Source: Camelus dromedarius (taxonomy: Eukaryota). Taken from it: DNA of 64,000 nt. Made by a program: the position numbers and the translations under genes. The notes below the pieces were generated by a model. It saw only the letters and a program-made list of their open reading frames with translations. It did no database searches and was not told the DNA's origin. The stretch is taken from NCBI RefSeq assembly GCF_036321535.1, contig NC_087436.1, forward strand, positions 115,198,001 through 115,262,000. The letters are read 5' to 3'. This document shows positions 51,201 to 64,000 of the stretch, in pieces. Every line of letters begins with the position of its first letter. Position 1 is the stretch's first letter.

Positions 51201-52246
51201 CTGCTATTAAATATGCTTAGTAACCCACTTTTAGTGACTAGCAGCATCTCTTGTAAAAGGCACACCAGCCTGTCTCCAGGGCTAGCGTTCCCCACCATTA
51301 GGGCATCCACACCTCACATCGTGTGTTTTTTTATGAACTGAATTGAAGGTAAAGTGCTACTGTCTTTGGAAGGAGATTATTACAGCTTAACAATAATCAG
51401 AAAATTTATTTAATAAATTTCAAGGTGCCAGAACATTGTAAATATTTTATTCTTCCTATAATTGAAATTGAAAGATGGATATATATGATTTGCAAAAAAA
51501 ATAAAAGTGCACGTAAAGTGATTTAACACGAGCGTCTTGAATAATGAAAATGGCGAGAGCATGTCCTTCCTTGCAAGGATAATGAACAATTTACAAGAGA
51601 AGTAAATACAATCTGCAGCTCATTAAAGTCTTAGCAATAAGCTCCCTGTGGTAAAAAGGAACTTATTAGGGCTTGAATGCAGGATAGGCTAGGTGTGATG
51701 ATGGATGACTCTAAGGAGAGCTGTACTGGGAAGTTGGGAGCAGTTAAAGAGTAATAAAGAAACACAACAGGAATAAACTGACTCTTCTTGTGCTTCCAAA
51801 TGCAAGAGGAAAGAACCATTGAGGGGAGGGCATTGGCTAGTGTCCCCTTTCTGAAGGCAGATGCTTCAAGAGCATACTACTTGGCACCAAGATTACAGAA
51901 TGGAACAGTCTTTGTGCTTCTCTTGATTTTTGGAACCAAGAGTTTTAAGACATTTGAGCACCTGGATGGAGGCCTTACTTATACTCCAAATCTCTTTCTT
52001 GTATTTCTTTTTCTTCTTGCTCTAGGGGTGACTTGATTTCCAAATCTGTGATATTGTGTGATATTAGGAAAACCACTTCACTTCTGTGAGAAGGCTTGGG
52101 CAAAATGGGAGCAAAGAAGAAAAGCCACTCTATCTAGGGATTTCAAAGGAAGGGTCATTTCCTCGAGGTTCCTGCCAGATGTGTGGGAGTCAGTGTACGT
52201 GGAGGAGGAAGAGGGAGCTGGGTATGAAAGGAAACAATGGTGAGGA

Positions 52247-52858
52247 TGTTACCAGAGTTGGTTCTTGGCTCCTCACAGAAAGAATTCAGAGATGAGACAT
52301 GGAGGTCAACACGGCAAAATGAGGATTTATTAAGTGATAGTTTACACTCAAGGGGGAAGCGGTCAGACTCAGGTGAGTAGCTGTGCTGAGTTTCTTTGGC
52401 AAACTGGTTATATGTGATATAAAAAAAAATGAATGGGCAGAATATTCATTGGGGACGGAGGGTTCTGAAGTCATATTCCCTGATTTTCATCCCAGATCCA
52501 CCTTCCAGAGGGAAGGAGGGATTTTTGTTCTTATTTAGTCTTGATAGGAAGTGTCATGGCATCAGTGCATGATAAGCACCTCTTATCTGCAACACTAATT
52601 TCACTGTAGTGAGGGCATAATGAGCAAAAGGTTGCATGTTACATTCAGATGCGGGAGATTCCTGACTTTTCCCCACCTTTCTTTGTCTGCCTCCAGGACA
52701 CTTGTCAACTCAGAATGTGTGATTTCTTATCAGTCTGAAGGTTCCTGGTTTTCTCCATCTGCCCTAGGACCCGCTTTGTCACGAGATGTATGGTTTCCTG
52801 CCATTTGACCCGTGACCCCCTTTCTCTGCTCACGTCTAGCTACCTACCTGCTCTAACA
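52247..52858 (-). mobile_element. ERV1-like solo LTR (612 bp)
   Basis: Inverted termini TGTTA...TAACA. Minus strand starts TGTTAGAGCAGGTAGGTAGCTAGAC. Minus-strand AATAAA at about 52327-52332 with a TATA-like motif upstream. Confidence 0.75.
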
Positions 52859-53715
52859 GGAAGTGCAGTGTGGGAAGTCACCCGGAGCAAGAGTGCAGGT
52901 TCCCGGTTCACTGGCTCATTATCCTTGCCTTGAAGAGTAGGGGCCCAGCAGTGCTTGGGCGTTTGGAGTTTTTCAGATTTTTGAAAGATAATATGGGACA
53001 AATGTCTTATATTACATGACACCCCTGGTTGATCTGGACAGTGTCACATAATCAAACCAATGTTTCCGCAATAAAACACATGCTTAGTTCTGCAAAGTGG
53101 AATAAAGAGAGATTATAATTAGCTTTGTACCAGTTTGACTTTGTTGAGTTCATTCGAGTTTCACTGTTCTCCTCCTGTTAAGATAGTTTTTCCCACAAGC
53201 AGTGCTTCCTCAGGGTATATCCTTTGTGTCATAATTAAGTTTCTCTTTTTCCTTGGCTAATTGGCCTCTCTCCAATTCCCTGAATTTCTCTCTACTTTTC
53301 CTTAAGAATTTAGAAAATAAACACCAGATTTTTTTAGAGAGTAGGTAGTGGAAATCAATGTAAGAACAGGCCTTTTGAGTCTTCAAAATGCAATCGCTGC
53401 ATTTTTTTGTGACTCAAGAGTCTGTGAGTTTACTTTCCAGCTAACAATTTCCTTTACAGCCTAGCATTCCAATAAGATTCCTTTGTCCCTTCTGTGCACC
53501 ATCCCACCCCTGCATATGTAGGCACTTACCAAGGGCCTGGTTTTATTGCAATATTCCAGTTGATATGCTTGCTTGATTTTTCTAATGTGAGTCAGAATAT
53601 TTTTGAAAATGTTGTATCATTTCACAGATTTAAAAGAAAGAGGATCCATTAAGTGTTCTTACACAGCTAAACAGTGTGTGGGTCTGTCTGTGTGATGTCC
53701 ACATTACTAGACTAT

Positions 53716-53860
53716 GGAGGTGATTCTCAAACTTGATCATGCATCAGAAGCACCTAGAGGTCCCCATTTCCAGAGTTTCTGATGTGGGAGGTGTGGGATT
53801 GGCCTGTGAATTTGCATTTATGACAAGTTCCCAGGAGGTGCGAATGCTGCTGAGAATAAA
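53716..53860. mobile_element. MER5A (hAT-Charlie) fragment
   Basis: TTCTCAAACTTG..TGCATCAGAAGCACCT...GAATTTGCATTT..ACAAGTTCCCAGG...TGCTGCTG. Confidence 0.75.
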
Positions 53861-56800
53861 CAGGCTTTAGCATGCTGGGGGGCTGATCAGCTGGCAGGGG
53901 GAGGGGAGGGGACACAGACAGATGGCTGACAGTGTTCACTAAAGGGAGGGAGAAAGGATAGATCAGAGCATTCAGCACAGGATAGAGACAAGGATGGAAG
54001 TACGCAACTGAGAAATTCAGAAGTGTACCTTTGATCCTTCCAAATCAGAAGATTAAAAGCAGATGGCTTCAGTGTAAGGGACTGGCAAGCCTCTTGAGAA
54101 TGCAGTGCAAGGCAGGAAGGCATCACTATGACTTCTTGATGATGGGATTATGAGGAGGCGGCAGGAGGGAAAATGAGGAGATTGAGCTCCAATCCCAAAC
54201 AGCCCTTGGTTCCAATTCAGGGTTTCCAATTTACCCAAGTGGTTTGAATCTTTATAAGTGAGTCAACCTCTCTGACACTCAATTGTCTTATCTATAAAGC
54301 AGGGGCAATTGGAATAACCTCAAGGAGTCATGGAGATTAAAAAAAAAAAACTATGTCAGGGATCTAGGACATATTTACTAAAGAAGTAAAGTAGTAAAAT
54401 ATTTCTACTGGTCATAGTGAGAGAACCAGCTAATGGTCATCAGAAATCTGGAGCCATGGATCATCTTTGATATGTGTTTGTATCCCAGCAGGATGTAGAA
54501 GGGTGAAATTAAATGTCATGATTTTTGAGGGGTAGAAGAGAATTACAAACTGCAGAGAAGACACAACCCCTCACTCTCAGCTACTGGGGATGGAGAAGAG
54601 GTATTGTTGAACCAGAGGAAAAGAAAGTTGCCACTAATCACATGATTTAAGAACTGAAGTCAGCTCTTGATTCTTCCGTATTTGCCCTGTCTATGGATGA
54701 TCCCTGGTATCTCTTGTTTCATTGTTCCCTCCCACTTATTAGATATTTCATTTTTTTTTTAATAGAGCAATCTATTAGCTTGGTTCACAACCTCTCATCA
54801 TGCTCCCTGACATGTTCTCTTCATTCCTGGCATGTTGCTTTTTTCTAAATGCATGCTTGATAAAAAATCTCTAAGGATCCGCTAGGCACAACCAAGTGTT
54901 GCTATCCATGTTTCTTTTTCATCTCTGATCATGAATGTGGGGGCTAATATGGTATCAGTCATCCTTGTGGAGGGAATCAAGGTGACCCCTCACTTCCTGG
55001 CTGGGAGGGCTAACTTTCCAACTGGGAGTTCTCTACTCAGTTTTCATCACTAGTCCAGGCAGCAAAGAGAGCTCTGACCTGGCCACTCACAGACACTGCC
55101 TCGCTTTAAGAGAAAGGAAATGTAACTAACAAACTTCCTTGATATTCATCACATCCTGACTCATCCTCTGATCCTCTGGCTGACATAAGATCTCATTCTG
55201 TCTCTGTTTTTGTCTCTTTGCCTCTCAGTCTCTCCCCTCACCTCCACTCCTAGCTTCAGAAGTCATTTCATTCTCTGTGACTTGACTCCCAATGAGAACG
55301 AGTAGTGCTCCAACGAAGAACATTATCTAACATAAGGATTTGGTAACTAAGACATATAATTCCAGGGAGACCAAGTCAGTAGAGTTTGTCTCATTAAGCT
55401 AAAAGACTTCAAGAGATAATTAGTGTTGTATGCTGAAACAGAGAGAACTCTCACTACTGTTCTAGAAGTCATCATGCTGGAGACATTACCTGAACTTCAA
55501 ACTTGAATTCAACTTAAAATTTATTAAGTTTTATGGCTTCTCAGAGATATTGTTGAACAGACAATGGTATTCTCAGGTGCCTCTTTTATGAATGAAGAAG
55601 GGAGAGATTCCCCATTTAGGACATCCACTGCCCGCTAATTTCATAGCCTCCAATGCTTATCTTTATCACTGAGCTCATAATGCTAAACCAAAATAATCTA
55701 TTACAGCTACTTCCCTCACTAGTCTATGAACCAGTGGGACCCTCGCTTAGTCACCACTGTATGTTCAGCATCCATCTCAGTGCCCGATACATAAAATGTG
55801 TTTATGGAATATGTGTTGAATTGAACTCAGCTGAGGTGGGATGGGGGATCTTCCTCAGATCAAGAACATTATGAGTGCTTGTGCGACTCCAGCTCTCACT
55901 GAGCCCTGAACGTGAGGGTAGGTACATAACCACTGCAAAGCTCTTAGGGCCTGTGATTAGTGACTCCGGGAACGTCTGATACAAGTATTCAAGTGTCATT
56001 TATCCAGTGTCAGGTTAAAGGGTTTGCAAATTCTTTGTGGTTAACAGAAATGTCCTTCACATTTAAGGGCATGGGGAACTCATTATTAAGCAATCTTTAA
56101 TTTCTACTCTAACTTCAACACACAGTTCCTCCTACATTGCTTCACCTCAATGCTACTTTAAGTCGACTAACTCAGTCTGGGTCTGGTGTACAGAAATGAA
56201 TAGATGTGTGGCCTGAATTTTCTAGATGACTGGGGTTTTGGAGGAAGAGGTTGGCAGTTTAGCTGGTAAGGATCAGGCCAAAGGTAAGTACAGAGGCCTT
56301 CAGTGGCTTGGATTTCTCCATATGTTTTCTCTTCTGTAAGCTTTGTGAGCATAGATGACAAGTAAAACATTGGAAGTTCCTTAGAAAAGAGAAAAGAATA
56401 AGACAACTGCACCCACAGTGGGTGGGCAGGGCAGAGTTACCAAAAATAAGATCGGGTCTGGTGGCGCTAGCTTTGTCGTCTCAGCAGTACCCTCTGTGCT
56501 ACAGCTTCGGTTTATCTGTGTCCACGTTCCCTTTCATCCCTTTGTTATCTGAGAACTGACTATCACTTTTGGTCCCAACTCGAACTTTCATGAACCTTGA
56601 TAGTCAAGGATTATTTCTAACATGCAAATTAGGTACCTGGGAGATCATTTTCTCTTCAACTTTTGAAAAATGTATCTCATCTCTTCTTTTTGCCAACGAC
56701 AATAAATTAAGGACGAACTCAAAACTGGCAGTTCTGATCCAGATTTTTTCTTGACCCCCTGATGAGACTAAATTCAAAACCAATTAGCTGTTCCACGACT

Positions 56801-56959
56801 CTCACCTTTGATGGATGGCAGTCGTTGCCCTTCTCCCCCCAGGAGTATAATAAGAGGCAGAGAGCTGGAAGGAATAAAACAGCTTCTGGATCAGAAATCT
56901 TCATTGTCTATCAGCTTTAGTGATTTCCTCAGGCAAAGTCGTAGCATTTTTTTCTGATT

Positions 56960-57110
56960 GGAGAACCAGAACTTGGCCTCAGAGCACAAGTCGTGCTAAC
57001 ATCCATTGTAAAAATGAGAAAACTGTGTCAGAGGGAGGTGACTTGCTCCAAGCCATGGAAGCAGTGAGGACAGAACCACAGCTGAAACAGAAGCCTTGGG
57101 CATCTCCATC
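56960..57110 (-). mobile_element. MIR fragment
   Basis: ATCCATTGTAAAAATGAGAAAACTG...GAGGTGACTTGCTCCAAG. Confidence 0.6.
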
Positions 57111-57675
57111 CTGTGTGTTTCCTAGTGCACTGAGTTTTCTTTCCCAGACGCACTGCCTCCTTGGTTGGTAACACGCCTTCCTTGACATGGAGGACAAATG
57201 TTTGGTATTGAGGAGTCTGAAGTGCCCGCTGTTTCCTTTTTTGTTTTGGAAAACTCAGACGCCTGCTGCAAACTCCTTTCCCAGAGGTCCGCCTCCCGTG
57301 TTCAGTGGAAGTGGGTCAGCAGCAGCATGTTTTCTATGGAAATGCTCTGAATCACCGTTCTCTCAATATTGCTATTGGCCTTTTCTGAAGGTTCTTTCTC
57401 CGTGCCTGCCTGGAACTTCCTTGCTGCTTCCATTCTTAAGGGCTCTAACTTTTTCCATTAAAACGTCCTAACTCCATTTAACATTTTAACCCCAGTGGCT
57501 GAGTTTTATTGACATCTGTGGAATGCCCCAGTTAGATGCTAACGAGAGGCTGATTTGTGATTTTGACGGGCGCTTCGGGCTCAGCAGTGGACAGAGTCAC
57601 CACACTCCAACATCATGTCCTAATTGTGCAGATCCAGAACAGTGACCATTCACTGGTCATTTACTAAGTAGGAGG

Positions 57676-58158
57676 TGCTGTGTTGGGCCCTTCGTAGGCT
57701 CCCAATAGGAAGCACTTACTGTATAGCATTATTTCACATTACCACAACCATGAAAATATGACTTGAAGACCATCAACAATACGGAGCTTAATGGAACAAA
57801 GGCCAGTGCTGTGCTCTGAAGTCTTGTCCCATTTGCAGGGAGGCCACCCTTCCCACGGCCACGTTCTCGGCCAATGAATGAGTGGGGCAGGGATGCTAAG
57901 GATAGGATACAATTCTGGATACACGGGTATCAACTGATGGCTGAATGTGGCTGACCGTGGCTGACCGTGACTTGAGGCCTCCCTGCAGCGGCCTGGCTGA
58001 AACTCCTGTAGACTGTATGACACGCTGCTGCTGCCAACAGCCTGTCCTGTCCAATGGTTACAGCTCCCTGTTGTCTCTCACAGGTGCCCACCTATTAAAT
58101 CCTTGAACATTTACTCTAGTCTTGGCAGCGGCATCTTGGAGAATCTGGATTAATACAA
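57676..58158 (+). mobile_element. ERVL LTR33/41-like solo LTR
   Basis: 3' end ATTAAATCCTTGAACATT...GTCTTGGC...CATCTTGGAGAATCTGGATTAATACA. Confidence 0.6.
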
Positions 58159-59349
58159 CTCTAACCACAGCTCTGTGTGGCAAGTACTATTTTCCTCAAA
58201 TTTGGATAAGGAAAAATAAACCCTGAAGATTTCCTGAAGTACACAGATGTGTTGCTGCAGGATAATACATTTGTGGTTGAAACCCAGGTCAGACCCACTC
58301 CAAACCTCTCACTTTACATAATAAAGTGTTTCCTGAAATGTTCAGAGATGACCAGCCCTCAGAATAGGCAGAAGAAAGCCTCCGAGATAGACTAAAATTT
58401 GACTAAATAGAGCTGAAGATCATATTTATAAATTAGATGGTAAGTCACAGAAAATTACCCAAAATGAAGCACAAAGTGAAAAAGATACAGACTGGAAGAT
58501 TTGACATATAGTTTACAGCCATAGTAAAAGGAAAAAAATGGAAATAATTGGGATGAAGAAGAATTGAAGAAAGGATGACTATTTTTAAATGAGTTCTTAG
58601 AAATTGTAGCTTAGAAAATTTAGTAACTTGGTTAAGTGAGATAACTCAGATTCACACTCAGCTTTGTCTGACAGCTTAAGCAAGCTGGTAACCACGTGCT
58701 TGATGCCAACTTGCACTTGAAGTCATATTCCAATCATAAGAACTAATTTTTGTTTTTTCTCTTAGGTTATTCCATCAGTTTGGTTTTTGAACCCACATCC
58801 TGGAACTTGTTTGTTTCTCATCTTTTATTCTAAAATCCATTCTATATTCAAATCATCTTTACATGGTGCTGATATAAGTTTTAGCTATCAATCTGTTATT
58901 GAACATATTTGGGCTTCTTTCCATCTTTATATCATCTCCAAATAGATTGGCTCAAAATCCTGAAACAGACTCAGAATGTAAAAAGTCGCCAAGATTGCAT
59001 CAATTGTCAGTCACTAAGTTTACATTATGAGATTCCTCTTCTCCTCGATCTGTGCTAGTCACTTTGAGGGGATATAAGAGAATTAAACTTCATAGCATCT
59101 GCCTGCAAAGTTTGCTATGTTGGGTCAATGAAAAGGCAAAACAGTAAGACAATTCACCCAGCAAATGAATCAATTTAGAAAATAAATAAGTCTGTTTTTA
59201 CATTAGTAAAAAAAAAAAAGGACCATTGTTTTCATAAATATTACATAAACACAAGACTCAAAATCTATTGTTTTAAAGTCTAATAGAAGAACTTTCTAAT
59301 ATATTTCATTTGATTCTTTTCCAATCAAATATTCATATTACTGATACAT

Positions 59350-59565
59350 TTTTAATTTTGAAAAATTAGAATATATTTCACATACCATGAAATTCACCCT
59401 TTTAAAGTATACAATTCAGTAGTTTGTAATGTAGTAACAAAGTCACACAACTATCACCATTAATTTCAGAACATTTTCATCACTCCCAAAAGAAATCTTA
59501 TACCCAGTAGCATCATTCTCCATTCTCCCCTCTCCCTAGCTCTTAGCAACCACTAATCTGCCTTG
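59350..59565 (-). mobile_element. L1MB-type 3' end fragment
   Basis: CACATACCATGAAATTCACCCTTTTAAAGTATACAATTCAGT...TTTCAGAACATTTTCATCACTCC. Confidence 0.85.
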
Positions 59566-60623
59566 TTTTCACAGTTCACACTAATAAAACTTTAACTGTA
59601 AACTTCTCTGCCATCAATCTTCGTCGTAGAAAAGTAGACATGTTTCCAATTCTAAAGATTGTTTTTAATATCTACCTTGAGTTCAAACCCAACTAAGTTG
59701 CAAACAAGTGCACTAACCCAAATTACATTCTTTACTGTCATCAGTTTTTAACTCAGAAAACTAATGTCCTCCCTTCTACTTTAATTCAACTGTTTACTGG
59801 TAGTTTGGGGGGGAAAGAGGAGAGAAATCACTAATGGTAATTACACAGAGTAAATATTTCTATGAAATTGAAAATGACGGGCATACCTTCCATTTTGCTG
59901 TAGCTTTTAGGAAGTTTCAAATAAAATCTGAACCTGTATTTAGTAATCAAGACATTATATCTACTATATTTAAATTCTTTATCTTTCCCTGGCTTTGGTA
60001 ACACTGTCATTATTATCATTATTTTTTATTTTTATTACTCTTGTTGTTACAGCATAATTATTTTGTTTAACTTTCTGATTTTCTTCTATATTTTGCTTTA
60101 ATTTAATTACATAGGCTTTTATAAGATCCCTGAGGTAAGGTATGAAAATCTTCCAGTAAAAAGACTGAGAGGTAAATCTGGCTATAAAAGAAAATATATT
60201 ACGTTTTAAGTGTATTGTTGAAAACTATTTCTCTTTAATAACTTTCATTTTCTTACTAAAAGTACTCTATTTTTTGATGAGTTTTTGGTGAATGTGGCTG
60301 ATGAAAGATGAAAACTTTAGAAAATGGACTAAAAAGGACAATTTCCTTAGAAACGGCACCACATCTCATTCTCCTTTTATCCTTAAGACCTATCATTATC
60401 CCAGATAACAGGAAGTGATCAGTCAGTATTTGTAGTGATTTGATATTAGATTTCAATTTATCATCTGGAGTGAAACTGTATAGATTCTAGAGAAGATTTT
60501 TATTTTTTTCTCTTCATTTTTAAAGGTTTAAAATCATCTTTTCTTTTTCTAAACTCGATCGTCATCTTTACTGATTGCGTTTTCTTCCAGGACTTGTCAA
60601 GAGCCTGGCTGTTCTAAGAGTTA

Positions 60624-60842
60624 CAGTGGTTTTTCCTGGAGCTCATTTTGTCCCCTAAGAGACATTCAGTGATACCTAGAGACGATTTTGTTTGTTACAA
60701 TTAGGAAGAGGGGGTGCCACTGGCATCTAGTAAATGGAAGCCAGGAATGATGTTAAACATCCTTTAATGCATAGAAAAGCCCCAGTACAACAAATAATTG
60801 TCTGGCCCAAAATGTCAATAGTGTTGAGGTTAAGAAACTCTG
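60624..60842 (+). mobile_element. MER20 (hAT-Charlie MITE), full length
   Basis: CAGTGGTT...GCCACTGGCATCTAG...GGCCCAAAATGTCAATAGTGTTGAGGTTAAGAAACTCTG. Confidence 0.9.
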
Positions 60843-60879
60843 GGCTAAATCCTAATTACATAGACAATTTATTAGAAAT

Positions 60880-61232
60880 AGTCTTTGGAGTGGTCGGTCT
60901 TACTTTTCTTGAATCACTTGCTCTGGGGAAAGCTATACCATGAATACACTCCAGCAGCCCCGGGAGCTGATACCTCCTGTCAACACGTGGCATGTGCTGC
61001 CATCCAGGTGCGTGAGCCATCTTGGAAGTGATTCCTCCAGCCCCAGTCAAGCCTTCAGACGGCTGAAATCTGGCCAATACCTTTACTGTAACCTCACAAG
61101 AGACCATAGCTGGAAACATTCAGCTAAGTCATTCAAATGCCTCCCCCACGACAGTGTGTGAGATAAAAGATGTCCTGTTTCAGGCCTCCATGATTTGTGG
61201 CAACTTGTTAGGCAGCAATTAGTATCTAACAT
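60880..61232 (+). mobile_element. MaLR (MLT1F-like) LTR 3' part
   Basis: GCCATCTTGGAAGTGATTCCTCCAGCCCCAGTCAAGCCTTCAGA...TTGTTAGGCAGCAAT. Confidence 0.75.
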
Positions 61233-62766
61233 GTTGCTCCTTGGGGATATTACCAGCTTCCTACAATCTTATCCATCCTGCCTGGGAATCAACAACTGTT
61301 TACATCTTCTTCTGACGTGTAACAAGAAAAACCTATAAAGCATTCTTTCTACAATCAGAAAGTTGACCCAGTCAACCAATATTATGGAGGAAGCCTATTT
61401 TAAGGAAAAGATCAAACTTTGTTACACCAGTGAAAATTAGCTCTTCGCCTTGTGGCTTGTGGATTTGTCTGCTCTGAACAGAATATCAAAACTTGTATGT
61501 ATTTCATTACCCCAAAAACTGTGTTACTGCAAAGGCAATTTTTGTTCTCAGAGAGCTTGATCTATCTAGAAAAACTTTATCTTTTATTTTTTACTTTTCC
61601 TCCTTCTCTTAACCTGGAAATATTTTAATTTAGATGACTAGTTTTTATTTTAACCATATCAAATGAGCCCCTCTGGAAAGCAGCACATTGTTAACGTTTC
61701 GTATATAACATTATTTAATTACAACCAACACATGTGTGATAACCGTAATATGTTGCAGTCGAGAGGATAATGGCGATGGGATGAATGCTGTGACAGTAGT
61801 AAGCTGAGGGTTGTTTACAAGTCACCAGGCCAGTTTGAAAACCAGAAAAATACAGACTTAGGAGGAAATGATTGTCCTGTATGGGTCACAAAGGACAGCT
61901 GTCTGAAAGTAAAAACAAGTGTGTCAACCATAAAACATGACCAAAGAATTTTGACAGAAAGGTAATTTGTTCAGAACTCCCTTGGACATTCTACAATTAA
62001 GATAATGCCATTCAAAACTCCCTGAATTGGAACACGACAAGCCCTGCCATTGAACTGCGGGTACGATACTGACACTGTCAGATTCCAGGTTCATGTTAGT
62101 AACATCAACCTGGGCATTGTTTAAAGTTAATCTGATTCTTTGTCCAAGTATTTCTGTCTCCTAGTAAACTGTGGGTCCCAGAATAGTACAAACAGTGCTA
62201 TATTCATTACTATGTTCATGCTACATTGTTGAACAAATAGAAGGCACTCAATCAAGGTTAGTTAAAGTTAGAAAGAAGGTAGGGAAGGTGGGAGGAGGAA
62301 AGAAGAGAATTCATCAAATAAGACATAAAACGCCCAACTTAACAACAAATCTTGAGATTATTCTGTCATTAATTCATCAAATACTCACTGAACACTTACA
62401 ATTTCAGAATCCATGTAACAAAGAGAATTCCTCTAGTCCTAGTCTTGAGCAGCCTACAGTTAGGAAAAAGTAATGGGATATAAATAAATACAAAATCATG
62501 GTAGCGCATGATTAATTTTATAATAGAGTCAGATTAAGGGACTTGAATGGAAGGACTTCATAGGAGGCGCCAGGTGTCAAGGCACAGGAGGATGTTAGGA
62601 AGAGGGGCAACATCTGAAAAAGCAAAGAGGTAAGTGAGAGGTGGAATATTTTGGAAACAAATAACATAGATATGGTAAATTATTTTACTTTTCCTGATTT
62701 TCTCTCTCCTTCTGTAAGAGATGCATTTCCGAGTGTTGCTATGTGACTTTTGGTGCCTCTTTCCAG

Positions 62767-63082
62767 TGTAGTAGATGCCTGCAAATCGTTTTTGTCAAAA
62801 CTGGCCCTATGACTTGCTGTGACCGATGGAAGGACAATGGAGGTGACCTTGTCATAACCAAACAGAAGCTTTAAGAGCCCCATGTGGTTTGGATGTTGTT
62901 TTCTTTTCACCATGAGACTGAGTTATGGGCTTGTTCTTAGAGCTGGGCTGTGAGTTAAACAACAACCTGCAGCTCTGACGTGTAATACAGGCAAGAGATA
63001 AACCTGTGTGGCTAGAAGCCCCCGAGATATAGGATTTGTTATATATTATCACAGTATAACCTAATGAAAGCTTACTAAAGTA
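62767..63082 (+). mobile_element. Old MaLR (MLT1) LTR
   Basis: Starts TGTAGTAGATG, contains CAGAAGCTTTAAGAGCC, and ends CACAGTATAACCTA. Confidence 0.65.
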
Positions 63083-63942
63083 GTCATCAAAATGATTAAC
63101 CTCGTCCACTGCCAGTGGCTATGGCCACTCTAAGTGTATAATTATGTACACTGTAGTCATTATTGTGGGTGTATAACCTCCGAACACAACCACACACAAC
63201 CCTCCCACACACACAGCTGTCAAACTGATGTGCAGTTAAACTACAAACTAAATTTCTTCAGTACTTGGTGCAGATCTCTCCCTGGAGTATCACATCCATA
63301 TGCTTTTACCACTTGTGGACTGTGCTGTCCCACGTGAATTGTTTCTAGATTTTTTTTATTCATAAACATCACTTATAATCAGAAATATACTGATCTTAAA
63401 TTAATTTAAACCTGCTATCCTAAATTTCAGTATGATGATGAATTAGATTATAGTGATATTTATTTTAGGTTAATAACTAATGTTATTAGCAACAAGCTCA
63501 CAAAATTAAAAAAAGCTGGAGTACGTGGTATTGTATAGTGAAGGGTGAACTGACAGTATCAAAAGGATTGCCCAACTTGGCTTGTGGTAGTCAACCAGGG
63601 TCCTGGACCACAATAGGTAGAAGAATAGCTACAAGTTATCCCCAACAAAGAAGATTTCACACACTTAGGTTCATGGTTTAGACAACTGGAAGTTCCTCAG
63701 TGTTTCCAACAGAAAGAAAATTTTGTTTTTGGTTTTTCTGTAGACAATTCGCTGTGTATCCACTAATGTTATTCCATAAGCAAATGACAACAGCCCTCAT
63801 GAGAGTTTGTTGAGACCCCAAAGCTGAATGAAACAAGAGGAGAGGGAAGTGAATTGGGACATGATGTGACAGATCACATGGAGGTATCCATGGCATTTCT
63901 AGACACGTGGAGCAGATCCTTTTCTTTTCTTTTTCTTCTAAA

Positions 63943-64000
63943 ACCACATGACCCAGCAATCCCACTCCTGGGCAAATATCCAAAGGGGATTTTAAATCAA
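63943..64000 (+). mobile_element. L1 ORF2 3' fragment running off the window
   Basis: CCACATGACCCAGCAATCCCACTCCTGGG..ATATCCAAAG. Confidence 0.75.

Noticed and set aside
52950..53140. Possible ancient DNA-transposon fragment
   Set aside because: It resembles an old repeat, but I could not assign a family or termini.

Overview
Mammalian non-coding (intergenic or deep-intronic) DNA, most likely camelid (camel/alpaca): it carries two tRNA-derived SINEs I recognise as the camelid vic-1 type. I cannot support any intact protein-coding gene. The ORF-track entries come from repeats, microsatellites or chance. The window is dominated by transposon fossils: a near-full-length laurasiatherian-type L1 (23355-29074) missing its RT core, truncated L1s, many ERVL/MaLR LTRs, a younger ERV1-like solo LTR, MIR/L2 pieces, and MER20, MER5A and Tigger1 fragments. 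The most notable signals are a 44-bp tailless U5 snRNA retrocopy with a perfect 14-bp target-site duplication (50895-50938), a GC-rich decayed coding-like segment of unknown parentage (about 12045-13860, minus strand), a CpG-rich promoter-like patch with RFX-like motifs and clustered plus-strand splice donors (about 16250-16860), and an ancient CR1/L3-like RT remnant (about 4965-5200). I did not find convincing evidence of a new biological system. Repeat family names come from remembered consensus sequences and need RepeatMasker/Dfam confirmation.
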